From Candidatus Micrarchaeota archaeon (GTDB lineage Archaea; Micrarchaeota; Micrarchaeia; Norongarragalinales; SBBD01), in NCBI GenBank assembly GCA_018819225.1, contig JAHJQN010000004.1, forward strand, positions 96,001 to 160,000: a stretch of DNA of 64,000 nucleotides, written 5' to 3'. A model generated the notes under the pieces. The model was given only the letters and a program-made list of their open reading frames with translations, ran no database searches and was not told where the DNA came from. The translations under genes and the position numbers were made by a program. Below, one piece after another: positions 24,869 to 35,081 of the stretch; the stretch's first letter is position 1; each line of letters begins with the position of its first letter.

Positions 24869-25612
24869 ATGGTGAAGGTCGTCCTTTTGACGAATGAGGT
24901 TGAACAACGTATGCCGGAAGTGGCTATGCCTGGGGATCATCTTGGAATTGAAGAAGAAGTATTGGGGGATCAGCAAACCTATTCCGAGAAAGGAGACGTG
25001 TATTCCGCGGTCATGGGAGAAAAAAAACTAGATGGAATGGAATTGCATATCCATCCCAAGAAAACGGTGCGCATACTCCAAGTCGGGGATGAAGTCATGG
25101 GACGCGTGGAAGACGTGTACGATTCCATCGCCTTGATCGTGATCAGCCCGGGGTATACGGAGCCTCGACGAGCCATCGGTTCCTCATACGCCTATTTACG
25201 GATTTCCGAAATATCGAAAGGAAGGTATATTGAAAACTTTCGCGAATGCCTGCGCATTGGAGACATTGTAAAGGCGAAGGTGTTGGATATCCAGCCCTTG
25301 GGAACGCATTTGACCCTTACGGAACCAGGACTCGGCGTCGTCAAAGCATTTTGTTCGCAATGCCGTCAGCCACTTCAAGAAAATGGTAGGATCCTCACGT
25401 GCACTTATTGCGGAAACAAGGAAACGCGTAAACTGGCGAGCGTGGCAGAAGAACCCCCTTCGTTGGAAGAACAACGACGAAGGCCGTCAGCCCGAATGGG
25501 AGGACGTGGCCCTCCCATGCGCGGAAGAGGTCCCAGTTCAGGTAACCGGAGATCCTCATTCCGAGGGTCGCCGCGCGGGGGAAGCCAAAAATTCAGTAGC
25601 GAACGTCGATAG
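24869..25612 (+). CDS. csl4: Exosome RNA-binding protein Csl4
   Basis: AMPGDHLG..EE, S1 domain, LGVVKAFCSQC...CTYCGNKETRKLA. Confidence 0.92.
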   Translation: MVKVVLLTNEVEQRMPEVAMPGDHLGIEEEVLGDQQTYSEKGDVYSAVMGEKKLDGMELHIHPKKTVRILQVGDEVMGRVEDVYDSIALIVISPGYTEPRRAIGSSYAYLRISEISKGRYIENFRECLRIGDIVKAKVLDIQPLGTHLTLTEPGLGVVKAFCSQCRQPLQENGRILTCTYCGNKETRKLASVAEEPPSLEEQRRRPSARMGGRGPPMRGRGPSSGNRRSSFRGSPRGGSQKFSSERR

Positions 25613-26198
25613 CGCCTTTTCGAAGAACACGATACGGCGTTTGCGTTACGTCCAAAACGGTTGAAGGAGCTTGTTTTCGAAGGGTTCCCCCATTAACCAA
25701 TAAAACCATTTCATGAGAAAACGTTTGAAAAATTTCTTTAAATGAATAGATTTCGTTACCTCCGGAAACGTTGGCACTGGTTGCCGTCAAGGGTTTGCCG
25801 TATTGTTTAACGAGCTTTGAAATAAATGGGTGGGAGGAAACGCGAATGGCTACGGAATCCTTAAAATACGCGGGGGAAAGGGCGTGCGAAGTCTTGGGCG
25901 TAAGCACTATGGTTAACGGACCCGGAAGGAATTGTTTCATCAGGTGGCGAACCCTCGAGGAAATGATCGCGTAATGGGTGGCCATGGCATATCCGGATAC
26001 GAACACGGAAACCTTTTTTTCAGAAGAACGGTGCTTGGCACGGAATACCTTTCGAATGGCATCTGTTTGAGTCGCATCCGCCAGAATGCCGTAACAGGTT
26101 TCCGAGGGCGCGATAACGAGATGACCTCTCGCAAGCCATCGGCACGCCAGACGAATCGCGCTCGAATCATTCGCCCGGATGATAACGGATTTGGTCAT
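25593..26198 (-). CDS. sua5: L-threonylcarbamoyladenylate synthase (TsaC/Sua5, YrdC domain)
   Basis: PSETCYG, KHR, PGPLT, TATSANVSG, PSTV. Confidence 0.9.
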   Translation of the reverse strand: MTKSVIIRANDSSAIRLACRWLARGHLVIAPSETCYGILADATQTDAIRKVFRAKHRSSEKKVSVFVSGYAMATHYAIISSRVRHLMKQFLPGPLTIVLTPKTSHALSPAYFKDSVAIRVSSHPFISKLVKQYGKPLTATSANVSGGNEIYSFKEIFQTFSHEMVLLVNGGTLRKQAPSTVLDVTQTPYRVLRKGAIDVRY

Positions 26199-26208
26199 GC
26201 AACCACTA

Positions 26209-26748
26209 TTAGAAAAAGTTTTCCATGGACTCTCCAAGGCTTTTCTCTACCGAATGTTTTCGCCGTTCCCTGAAGTAAACGTAGTCTTCCGCAAAACGTA
26301 TCAACAGAATGACGATGGTGTAGACGACCAACGCGATTCCCAACGGTGAAATAAAGGGCTTGAATTCAAACGGAATCAAGTGCTGAAGGTCAACGAAAGA
26401 AAAGGTCGCATCGGTTAATGGAAACAAGATGGCTTCGTGATCTAGGAACATGTCCGCCACCAAATGACCGGTCAACATGGCCGCCATGACCAAGAAAAAG
26501 AACTCCAGTTCGCGAGCACTCCAATGCGACCTGAAATGACGCAATATGAAGAATAGGCCTATGGGTAATACGATGGCGATGAATACGTTATGAAACGGGC
26601 GAAGCGTGGTGGATGTTAAGAAATAGTCGAAATCGAGTAAGACGCCCATTAATGCCGCCAAACCCACGAACCACAACTTGTGCCGTTTGTGCAAATCAAG
26701 AGCCAAAGCGGCGATGAATCCGAACAGGAAATGAAAAAGAGAATCCAT
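26209..26748 (-). CDS. Metal-dependent membrane hydrolase (YdjM-like)
   Basis: MDSLFH, LLDFD, FHN, GHLVAD. Confidence 0.7.
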   Translation of the reverse strand: MDSLFHFLFGFIAALALDLHKRHKLWFVGLAALMGVLLDFDYFLTSTTLRPFHNVFIAIVLPIGLFFILRHFRSHWSARELEFFFLVMAAMLTGHLVADMFLDHEAILFPLTDATFSFVDLQHLIPFEFKPFISPLGIALVVYTIVILLIRFAEDYVYFRERRKHSVEKSLGESMENFF

Positions 26749-26800
26749 GGGGAAGTAATTCTGAATGCGTTTAAATCCCTTTGCTCCCCAATGGGCTATT

Positions 26801-27295
26801 ATGGGAACTGGATTGATTATCGGGCGCTTTCAACCCGTGCATAACGGTCACATGCAGGCGATCCAGACTATTTTGAAGCATCACGATCGAGTGGTCATCA
26901 TCGTAGGCTCCGCTCAGGAAAGCAGGACCTCGTTAAATCCGTTTTCAATAGCGGAACGTCGCGCCATGTTGGATTGCGCCATGGCAGAAATCACCCCTAA
27001 TAAAATGATTCGGATCATGGCATTGGAAGATCAAGGGATTCATGCGGAATGGATCGAGAAGGTACGGGAAGGCGTACCGAATGCGGACACGGTTTATTCA
27101 AGCAATCCGTTGGTGGAACGCTTATTGAAACCGTTCATGCACGTCAAAGCGATGACATCGAACGTGGACATCAATGCAACGAAAATACGAGAATGGATGA
27201 AGCAAGGGAACGACGAATGGCGAGAATATGTTCCAAAAAGCGTTCAATCATATCTCGATGAGCATGAACTCATCGACGTGGTTCGTTCGTTATAA
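26801..27295 (+). CDS. nadM: Nicotinamide-nucleotide adenylyltransferase
   Basis: IGRFQPVHNGH, GSAQES, NPFS..ER, NATKIR. Confidence 0.92.
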   Translation: MGTGLIIGRFQPVHNGHMQAIQTILKHHDRVVIIVGSAQESRTSLNPFSIAERRAMLDCAMAEITPNKMIRIMALEDQGIHAEWIEKVREGVPNADTVYSSNPLVERLLKPFMHVKAMTSNVDINATKIREWMKQGNDEWREYVPKSVQSYLDEHELIDVVRSL

Positions 27296-27848
27296 ACCAG
27301 TTAGCAAACTTTTCAAGGGCCTTGCGCCGATGAGAAATCTCTGCTTTTTCTTTTGCGGACATTTCCGATAATAATTTTTTCCTTCCGTTTGGAATAAATA
27401 GGCGTTCGTACGGGAATCGCAGACCGCGTACGCCATGAAGACTGGCCGCACGAGATATTCGACCCATGCACGTACCAATAAACGTTTTTTCCCGATAGTC
27501 ATCCACATAGGCAACAGCTGTTTTGAATAAAGCCCCTCGCGGTTTTCCGTTCAAGAGTTTAAGTAAGCCTTCTAAACCAAGCGCGTCATACGCGTACGCT
27601 GCGTACAATCCCGGAAACAGCGGATACGCCTTAAAGTAAATACTCGTGTCTTCCGCAATAATAGGTACATGAAGGCGTTGATGCGCATAACGGGCTTTGG
27701 CAAGAGCAACGGCTTCCGGAGACTCCAAGCGCGGTTCATTAAGATGCATGCGTTGAGAACGACAAGGAATGCCCGTATGGGATAAAACGAAACGGACTTC
27801 CTTGATCTTTTCAGGATTCGACGAGACGAACGTCAGTATTTTTTTCAT
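27270..27848 (-). CDS. rdgB: Non-canonical purine NTP pyrophosphatase
   Basis: SSNPEK..E, AEDTS, FPG.Y, KAEISHRRKA. Confidence 0.9.
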   Translation of the reverse strand: MKKILTFVSSNPEKIKEVRFVLSHTGIPCRSQRMHLNEPRLESPEAVALAKARYAHQRLHVPIIAEDTSIYFKAYPLFPGLYAAYAYDALGLEGLLKLLNGKPRGALFKTAVAYVDDYREKTFIGTCMGRISRAASLHGVRGLRFPYERLFIPNGRKKLLSEMSAKEKAEISHRRKALEKFANWFITNEPRR

Positions 27849-30532
27849 ATTTTTCGCACTCGCTTAAGGAATTCAAGGATGACCAAAAGGGATCCGGCCA
27901 CTAAAAGAATTGAAATCCATTCGAAAGCGCTAAGTGGCACGGTTTTGAATACGGGTTCTAATACGCGTAATTGGACCGCCGCAAATTGCAATATGGCCCC
28001 AACGAAAAATGCTCCCCATATGAAGCGATTGCTGAAAAGACCTACTTTAAACAACCCCCCTATTTCCGAACGGAAGTGGAAGGACAGGAATAATTGAGAG
28101 AAGACCAGGGTCGTAAACGCCATGGTGCGCGCTTTCTCCAAGGAGGAGCCTTGATGTAATTCATAAATGAACAAGGCCAGCGCAACGATCGCCATGTAGA
28201 AACCGATGAGTAATAAACCGCCGATGTTATCCCTCGTCAATACATTGTCGGACTTCTTTCGAGGAGGACGTTTCATGACCTGCGGATCCGGCGGGTCATA
28301 CCCTAACGCTAGCGCAGGCAAGGCATCCGTTACAAAATTCATCCACAAGATTTGTAGAGCAATCAAGGGCATTTGGATGGACGCGAGCATGGCAATGAAA
28401 ATCGTCAATATTTCTCCTATGTTGCATGAAACCAGGTATTTGACGCTTTTCATGATATTGTCAAAAATCGTGCGGCCTTCTTCCGTGGCCGCCACAATGC
28501 TGGCAAAATTATCGTCGGTTATGACCATATCGGATGCTTCTTTAGCGACTTCGGTTCCCGTAATGCCCATTGCGACGCCAATGTCTGCTTTCTTGATTGC
28601 TGGAGCATCGTTGACGCCATCACCCGTCATCGCGACGACTTCGCCTCGCTTTTGTAGCGCAGTTACAATACGCATTTTGTGTTCGGGAGACACGCGGGCG
28701 AAAATGGCGATATCCTTGACCTTTTCCGATAACGTTTCATCCGTCATGTCATCCATATCATTTCCCGAAATAACGAGCGAGCGTTTTTGAAGCATGCCCA
28801 GTTCTTTCCCTATGGCTTTAGCGGTTTCGGGATTGTCCCCCGTGATCATGATCACGCGGATACCGGCGGATCGAGTCAAGGCAATGGCGTCCCGGACTTC
28901 CGGCCGCGGAGGATCATTCATGGCAGCGAGTCCGAGGAACGTCAGACCATTTTCAACGTCCTTCATGGAATAAGAGGGTTGTTTGGTAACGGATCGGAAT
29001 GCGAAACCCAGTACTCTCAATGCATCGGAAGCAAAGTCTGCGTTCTGTTTTAAGATGCGTTGCTTGTCCGCCAGTTCAATCGGAACTTTTTTTCCGTCGG
29101 TGATGACGTGGGTGCAGATATCGAGAATGGATTCGGGCGCGCCCTTTGCATACGATATGAGGCTGTTGTTTTCAGCGTATATGACGGACATTCGTTTCCT
29201 GCGGGAATCAAACGGAAACTCGTGCACCAGTTTGCTGGATTTCTGTTCGTGACGGTAATCCATTCCCGCTTTTTGCCCTAATACGAGTAAACAACCTTCC
29301 GTAGGATCGCCGATGACGTGAACGGATCCATCCCGCTCATCTAATTTCGCATTATTGCATAGGATAGCGGTTCGAATAAGGTGTTTGAATTGATTGCCGG
29401 GGTTCGATACCTTTTCTTTTTTAGCGGATTGGAAGATTCCATTCAACGCATAGCCTTCCCCGGTAACGGAATACGTCTTTCCATCCGTATATAATTGCCG
29501 TACCGTCATCTCATTTTTTGTGAGTGTACCGGTCTTATCGGAGCAGATGATCGTTGCCGCCCCCAAACCTTCAACAGCAGCCATCTTTCGAACAATGGCA
29601 TGACGCTTGACCATGCGTTGAACGCCGATGGCGAGCGTGATGGTTACAATGGCTGGAAGACCTTCCGGAATGGCTGCGACGGCGAGGCTGACGGAAAATA
29701 CGAACATTTCCAGCATATCATTTCCGCGCAGTATCCCAAATACAAAAATAATGGCCACTGCAACTAATGCAATGACGCCCAACTGCTTACCCAGAACGTC
29801 TAATTTTCGTTGAAGAGGCGTCTGGGTTTCCCCTGCTTCCGAAACTAATTGGGCCACGCGACCGATCTGCGTATTCAATCCAATTCCGGTAACGATGGCC
29901 TTCGATTTTCCGTGCGTCACGATGGTGCTCATGAACGCCATATTGAGTTGCTCGCTTATGCCGGCTTTTTCAGGAAGAAGGCCATCGCCTTGCTTTTGAA
30001 CGGGGACGCTTTCACCGGTTAAACTGGATTCGTCGATCTGAATTTCTGATACATCAAACAATCGGCAATCCGCCGGAACTCGATCCCCTTCCATTAAAAG
30101 AACGACGTCTCCGGGCACGAGATCTGATTTGTCTATTTGGTGTTCGACCCCGTCGCGTAGAACAATGGCATGCACGGCCACGAGTTTCTTGAGGGATTCA
30201 AGGGCTTTCTCCGCTCGGTACTCCTGAATAAATCCAAAAACGGCTATGAGAATCACGATGACAAAGATGGCTGCTGAATCCAATGTTTCGCCAAGCAATC
30301 CGGAAATCGTGGCCGCGATCAATAAAATGATGATGAGAATGTTGGAAAACTGCGAAATGAATATGGAGAGAGCGGTTTTCCCTTGTTTGACGGGCAAGGC
30401 ATTGCGTCCGTGTTGCTTGCGGCGTTCTAAGACATCGGCTGAAGAAAGCCCCTTTTCTTGACTAGCTAATTCCTCAAAAACACGTTTGATGGAAAGTGAG
30501 TGAAAAGGCAATGAATGCGAGCGAACATCCAT
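27845..30532 (-). CDS. P-type IIA (Ca2+-type) ATPase
   Basis: TGES, PEGLP, DKTGTLT, KGAPE, TGD, GDGVND. Confidence 0.95.
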   Translation of the reverse strand: MDVRSHSLPFHSLSIKRVFEELASQEKGLSSADVLERRKQHGRNALPVKQGKTALSIFISQFSNILIIILLIAATISGLLGETLDSAAIFVIVILIAVFGFIQEYRAEKALESLKKLVAVHAIVLRDGVEHQIDKSDLVPGDVVLLMEGDRVPADCRLFDVSEIQIDESSLTGESVPVQKQGDGLLPEKAGISEQLNMAFMSTIVTHGKSKAIVTGIGLNTQIGRVAQLVSEAGETQTPLQRKLDVLGKQLGVIALVAVAIIFVFGILRGNDMLEMFVFSVSLAVAAIPEGLPAIVTITLAIGVQRMVKRHAIVRKMAAVEGLGAATIICSDKTGTLTKNEMTVRQLYTDGKTYSVTGEGYALNGIFQSAKKEKVSNPGNQFKHLIRTAILCNNAKLDERDGSVHVIGDPTEGCLLVLGQKAGMDYRHEQKSSKLVHEFPFDSRRKRMSVIYAENNSLISYAKGAPESILDICTHVITDGKKVPIELADKQRILKQNADFASDALRVLGFAFRSVTKQPSYSMKDVENGLTFLGLAAMNDPPRPEVRDAIALTRSAGIRVIMITGDNPETAKAIGKELGMLQKRSLVISGNDMDDMTDETLSEKVKDIAIFARVSPEHKMRIVTALQKRGEVVAMTGDGVNDAPAIKKADIGVAMGITGTEVAKEASDMVITDDNFASIVAATEEGRTIFDNIMKSVKYLVSCNIGEILTIFIAMLASIQMPLIALQILWMNFVTDALPALALGYDPPDPQVMKRPPRKKSDNVLTRDNIGGLLLIGFYMAIVALALFIYELHQGSSLEKARTMAFTTLVFSQLFLSFHFRSEIGGLFKVGLFSNRFIWGAFFVGAILQFAAVQLRVLEPVFKTVPLSAFEWISILLVAGSLLVILEFLKRVRKI

Positions 30533-30597
30533 GAGTAGTATAGGCCGGAACCATTTAAAAATGCGCCCGGATAATTCGCGTAACCACGGGGAAAAAA

Positions 30598-32739
30598 ATG
30601 ACTGAAACGAATGTGGAAAGAGTCACGACGCGCGAACGGTTCAAGGCGTGGGTCCAAAAGCTTAGGCAAACGGTCTCGGATCAAATCGAGCCGTCGGATC
30701 CATCCAATTTATGGGATCGCAGTCGTTTTATGGAACACGCGCTCCCGAGCCTTGGAATCCTGGCCGTAATAGCCGTTCTATCCTTATCCGCATACATCAT
30801 GAATTCCGGTTTACCGAACGATTTTGATTTGTATGATACGGCGGTTCACGCCTATCGCTTGTGGTACTTTAACGATTTCGTCATGGAATACGGATCCCTT
30901 CCGTTATGGACATCCGATTGGTATGGCGGAATGCCGTTTTTAGAATTGTATCCTCCCTTAGCCCTGTTTCTTTTCTTTTGGCTCGAAGCCTTGTTTCGGC
31001 CGGAAGACGCCATTCGAATGGCCCTTTCGTTGACGCATATTTTGGGCGTGTTATTCTTTTTCTTTTTTGCACGTCGCATGTTTCATAAAAACGTGTTGTT
31101 GACGCTGGGGGCATCCCTCGTTTACGCATTCTTCCCGTATACGTTGTTCGAGGTTTATCCTCGGGGAGCCCTGGCAGAGGCGACTCTTCTCATGTTGGTG
31201 CCCCTCATCTTTCACTTCTATGAAAAAGCGCGCGGCCATCCCACATGGCGAAACCATGCGGCACTGGGATTATCGTTAGGAGCTGCATTACTGGCTCACT
31301 TCGTTATGGGAGCGTTCCTGTTCATTTGCGTATTAGCCGTTGTCGTTTTCGATCACGCACGAAAACAAGGAGATATTTCGAAATCGTTCTGGTTTATTGT
31401 TGCCGGAGGGCTCATGGCCACGTTTTATATTATAACGACGATCGAACTCCTGCCGTCAACTGTTCTTGGAACCGCATCGTTGCCCGATTTTACGCCGTTC
31501 GATCCCGCTCTGCTTCTATACAAAAATACGCATAATTCCCTATTTATTGGAATCGTTGGAATCATTGGAATCCTTGCGAGCTTCTGGTCGGTTCGTAAAG
31601 ACGAGTTCGGAATTCAGAAATACGCGTTATTATCCGGCGCAATCGTGTTGATTGGATGGGTGGCTTCCTGGATCCTGCCCCCGTTCATCCTGACACCCAT
31701 TCAGTTCGCCTCTCGATTTTTTGTCGTCCTCTCCGTACTATTCGCATTATTAATTGCGCTGGGATTTCGAGAAATTTCGAATCAATTGGCAGCGTATTTG
31801 CAAGAACAGCCATTTGCAAGCGAATGGACTCGAAAAACAACGGTACTCGTATTCGCATTACTGATCGTCATCACGATCGTCGATTTTTCCGCGTATTTAC
31901 CGCCTGGAGAAAACCGCGATATCCCCCTAGGAATTCAAACGTTCAATCGTCAAATTGCGGATGAACCCGATTTCTATCGTGTGGATGACATACACTTTTT
32001 CCGCTTCGGTTTCTCTCCGGCATATCACCATCATGGAGCGATGGTAGGCGGTTTCGCTGAAGGCGCCGCGGCCTACTCGTATCTGTTTTATTCAGGCATG
32101 TACAACGCGTTAACCGATGGCACTCCATCCATGAAGAAATCGGCCGTAAACGCCTTGGGATTCGTATCCCAAAAATACGCCGTCGTCGATACTCCCGTTG
32201 ATTTTCCAAAATTCCGACAAGTGGAATGCACTCTAGACTATTGCATTTACGAAAATGAACAATTTCAACCCCACCTGCGCCTCGTTCAAAAAGTCGCCGG
32301 CGCCACCGGAAGCATTCAAGCCATTTACGAAGGAATCACGAATGACGTTCGAGAAGGCCGTTTAGACTTATTGGATGCTCCCATCGTTCTATCGGATGAA
32401 GCATTGGAGGATTACAGTGGTCAGGCCATGCTTCAAATGCAAATCATCGAGAAAAGGCCGGGATTCGTGCATGTGCGAATTCAAGGAGCCACGGATCAAA
32501 ACAAGGGGTATTTGGTTTTATCCGACGCGTACTATCCGAAATGGAAGGGGTACGTAAATGGAGTGCGAACACCCGTATATCAAGGCATTCCGACCGTGAT
32601 GGTTTTACCGATTGACAATGGAGACGTCATACTCAAATATGAACTGGGACTAATGGGATGGATGGCCGGCATAATGTCCGTGCTCGCCATGATGACGCTC
32701 ATCGGTCTCCTGGTTTACGGACACGCATCCAAACAATAA
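30598..32739 (+). CDS. PTPS-related/YfhO-like GT-C membrane protein
   Basis: W..DWYGGMP..LYPP, RGALAE, VLSDAYYPKW..YVNG. Confidence 0.75.
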   Translation: MTETNVERVTTRERFKAWVQKLRQTVSDQIEPSDPSNLWDRSRFMEHALPSLGILAVIAVLSLSAYIMNSGLPNDFDLYDTAVHAYRLWYFNDFVMEYGSLPLWTSDWYGGMPFLELYPPLALFLFFWLEALFRPEDAIRMALSLTHILGVLFFFFFARRMFHKNVLLTLGASLVYAFFPYTLFEVYPRGALAEATLLMLVPLIFHFYEKARGHPTWRNHAALGLSLGAALLAHFVMGAFLFICVLAVVVFDHARKQGDISKSFWFIVAGGLMATFYIITTIELLPSTVLGTASLPDFTPFDPALLLYKNTHNSLFIGIVGIIGILASFWSVRKDEFGIQKYALLSGAIVLIGWVASWILPPFILTPIQFASRFFVVLSVLFALLIALGFREISNQLAAYLQEQPFASEWTRKTTVLVFALLIVITIVDFSAYLPPGENRDIPLGIQTFNRQIADEPDFYRVDDIHFFRFGFSPAYHHHGAMVGGFAEGAAAYSYLFYSGMYNALTDGTPSMKKSAVNALGFVSQKYAVVDTPVDFPKFRQVECTLDYCIYENEQFQPHLRLVQKVAGATGSIQAIYEGITNDVREGRLDLLDAPIVLSDEALEDYSGQAMLQMQIIEKRPGFVHVRIQGATDQNKGYLVLSDAYYPKWKGYVNGVRTPVYQGIPTVMVLPIDNGDVILKYELGLMGWMAGIMSVLAMMTLIGLLVYGHASKQ

Positions 32740-32757
32740 ACCAAGGACGTTACGCGC

Positions 32758-34944
32758 TTAGTCCAGGAAATCCTTCGCGGTAGGAACGATTTCTGAATCG
32801 CCTTTGCGCTTACGGATTTGTTGCACAATCTTGGATTGCAAATCACGCGGCAATTTCTCATACCCCGCGTACTCGTAATACCAAACCGCCCGCCCTTGAG
32901 TTGCTCCGCGAATCTCATTGGCAAATCCAAACATTTCGGAAACAGGTACTTTGGCTACCACGGCAACGGCCTCGCCCTCCTGTTCAATATTCGTGACCTG
33001 ACCGCGACGACCTTGAACCTTCAAGGTAATATTGCTCAAGTATTCGGCTGGAGCATTAACAAAGAGGTTTTGCTTGGGTTCCATGAGCACGCAATTGGCA
33101 TGCAACATGCCCGCGTAAATCGGGCGTTTAATGGCCGGGAATAACTGGGCGGGACCACGGTGGGCAGGATCCACGTGAATGGCGGCATCCGTCAACTTGA
33201 CTTTCACGCCCACGCACTTTTCTTTAGCGAGTGGTCCTTGCACCATGGCTTCCTGGAACGCGGTCACAATGGATTCTTGAATGTCTTTAAGATACTGAAC
33301 GCCTTTCGTCATGTCCAGGAATAAATTGCTATTGTGCATGGCAATCACGCTTCGCGCTTCATCGCGCGGCAGACCCGCCTCAATAAGCAATTTTTGAAGT
33401 TCCTTACCCTTTTTCTGAGACGTAATCGTTCCGTCGTTCATGGCATTCAAAACGCCTTCCTCCATGGGTTCCACCATCATCTTGAACTTGTTGTGCTTGT
33501 TCGGAGACTTGCCTTCCAAAATCGGGCCTTTTTCGAACAAGGTTTCATTGTAAACGACGATGGGGGGCGACGTGACGATATCCACTTTCTTTTCATTCCT
33601 GATTTTAAACTCGATGATTTCCAGATGAAGTTCGCCCATACCGGAAATCAAGTGTTCACCCGTGTCCTGATCGATTTCCACGCGCAACGTCGGATCCTCT
33701 TTCGCCAACTTTTTCAGCGAATCAATCAGCCGGACAAGATCCCGCGGATTCTTGGCCTCAATACTTTTAGTGACGACTGGAACGCTGTGGTGTTTGATTT
33801 CCTCAAACGGTATTAATTCCCCTTCCGAAACGGTTTCACCGGAAAAGGCTTCCTTGAGTCCCACCAGCGCCACGATGTTTCCGGCTGGAACCTCATCAAT
33901 CATGATGCGGTCTTGCCCCATGTATACGGCGACTTGTTGCAACTTTTCGTGTTTGAATTGGGAGGCCAAGTAAAGTTCCTGACTCTTGTGAAGGGTACCG
34001 GCATACAATCGACCGACCGCGACCTCTCCGGCATGTGGATCCACTTGAATGGCCGTCACCATGAAACACGCTCTTCCGTTGGCGTCGCACGTCATCATCG
34101 CTTTACCCGATTCACTCTCCAGATCGCCTTTCCAAATAACGGGAATACGATACGTTTGAGCGGTCAACGGATTCGGTAAATGTTGAATCACCACATCCAT
34201 GAGGACTTCTCCAATGGGAAGTTTTTTCTCCAATTCCTTGTGGTTTTCATCCGCACAGGCTTGATAAATGTCTTTAAAGGTCATACCGGACTTTTTCATT
34301 TGCTTGCCGGAAACCGCCCATTTATGAAACGCGGTTCCGAAGACGACGTTGCCCTTCATGACCTCGATTTGCCATACCTCTTTGAATTCCTCAGACGCAT
34401 AATCTTTGATTAACTTGTTAACGCCCATAATCACTTTCATGAATTTGTCCTGCATGCCTTTCGAGTCCAGCTTCAATTCGTTGATCAAGCGATCAATCTT
34501 GTTGATAAATAGAACGGGTTTCACTTTTTCCTTTAATGCCTGCCGTAACACGGTTTCCGTCTGAGGCATAATGCCTTCGACGGCATCAATAACGAGGACG
34601 ACGCCATCCACCGCTCGCATCGCGCGCGTCACATGACCTCCGAAATCCACGTGACCCGGAGTATCAATCAAATTAATGAGATAGTCTTGCCCCTCATACG
34701 CATACGGAATGGAAACGTTAGCGGACTTGATCGTAATACCGCGCGCCTGCTCTTGTTGATCATAATCCAAGGCGCGTTGTTCGCCGGCCAGCTCGGTTGA
34801 AATCATCCCGGCGAGCGCGATTAACGAGTCGCTTAACGTCGTTTTACCATGATCGATATGAGCGACGATGCCCATGTTACGAATGTTCGGCCGATTGCCC
34901 ATCAGTTTGGATACGTCTTGTACAATGGTTTCCTTTCGTGCCAT
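32758..34944 (-). CDS. fusA: Archaeal translation elongation factor 2
   Basis: AHIDHGKTT, RGITI, DTPGHVDF, NKID, diphthamide loop HRGPAQ. Confidence 0.97.
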   Translation of the reverse strand: MARKETIVQDVSKLMGNRPNIRNMGIVAHIDHGKTTLSDSLIALAGMISTELAGEQRALDYDQQEQARGITIKSANVSIPYAYEGQDYLINLIDTPGHVDFGGHVTRAMRAVDGVVLVIDAVEGIMPQTETVLRQALKEKVKPVLFINKIDRLINELKLDSKGMQDKFMKVIMGVNKLIKDYASEEFKEVWQIEVMKGNVVFGTAFHKWAVSGKQMKKSGMTFKDIYQACADENHKELEKKLPIGEVLMDVVIQHLPNPLTAQTYRIPVIWKGDLESESGKAMMTCDANGRACFMVTAIQVDPHAGEVAVGRLYAGTLHKSQELYLASQFKHEKLQQVAVYMGQDRIMIDEVPAGNIVALVGLKEAFSGETVSEGELIPFEEIKHHSVPVVTKSIEAKNPRDLVRLIDSLKKLAKEDPTLRVEIDQDTGEHLISGMGELHLEIIEFKIRNEKKVDIVTSPPIVVYNETLFEKGPILEGKSPNKHNKFKMMVEPMEEGVLNAMNDGTITSQKKGKELQKLLIEAGLPRDEARSVIAMHNSNLFLDMTKGVQYLKDIQESIVTAFQEAMVQGPLAKEKCVGVKVKLTDAAIHVDPAHRGPAQLFPAIKRPIYAGMLHANCVLMEPKQNLFVNAPAEYLSNITLKVQGRRGQVTNIEQEGEAVAVVAKVPVSEMFGFANEIRGATQGRAVWYYEYAGYEKLPRDLQSKIVQQIRKRKGDSEIVPTAKDFLD

Positions 34945-35081
34945 ACCGGTATTCACCATTAATGCATTAATCGAATCAGGCCCCATTCGACCTGCCACTG
35001 TTGTTGCAAGCTTTGAAGAAGCAACCGGAAAACAGGAAATAGGTTAAGCAAATGAAGTTTTTTAAACGTTGGGAGATCCGG

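Noticed and set aside
33140-33185. Diphthamide-lacking EF-2 paralog
   Set aside because: The HRGPAQ target His is intact
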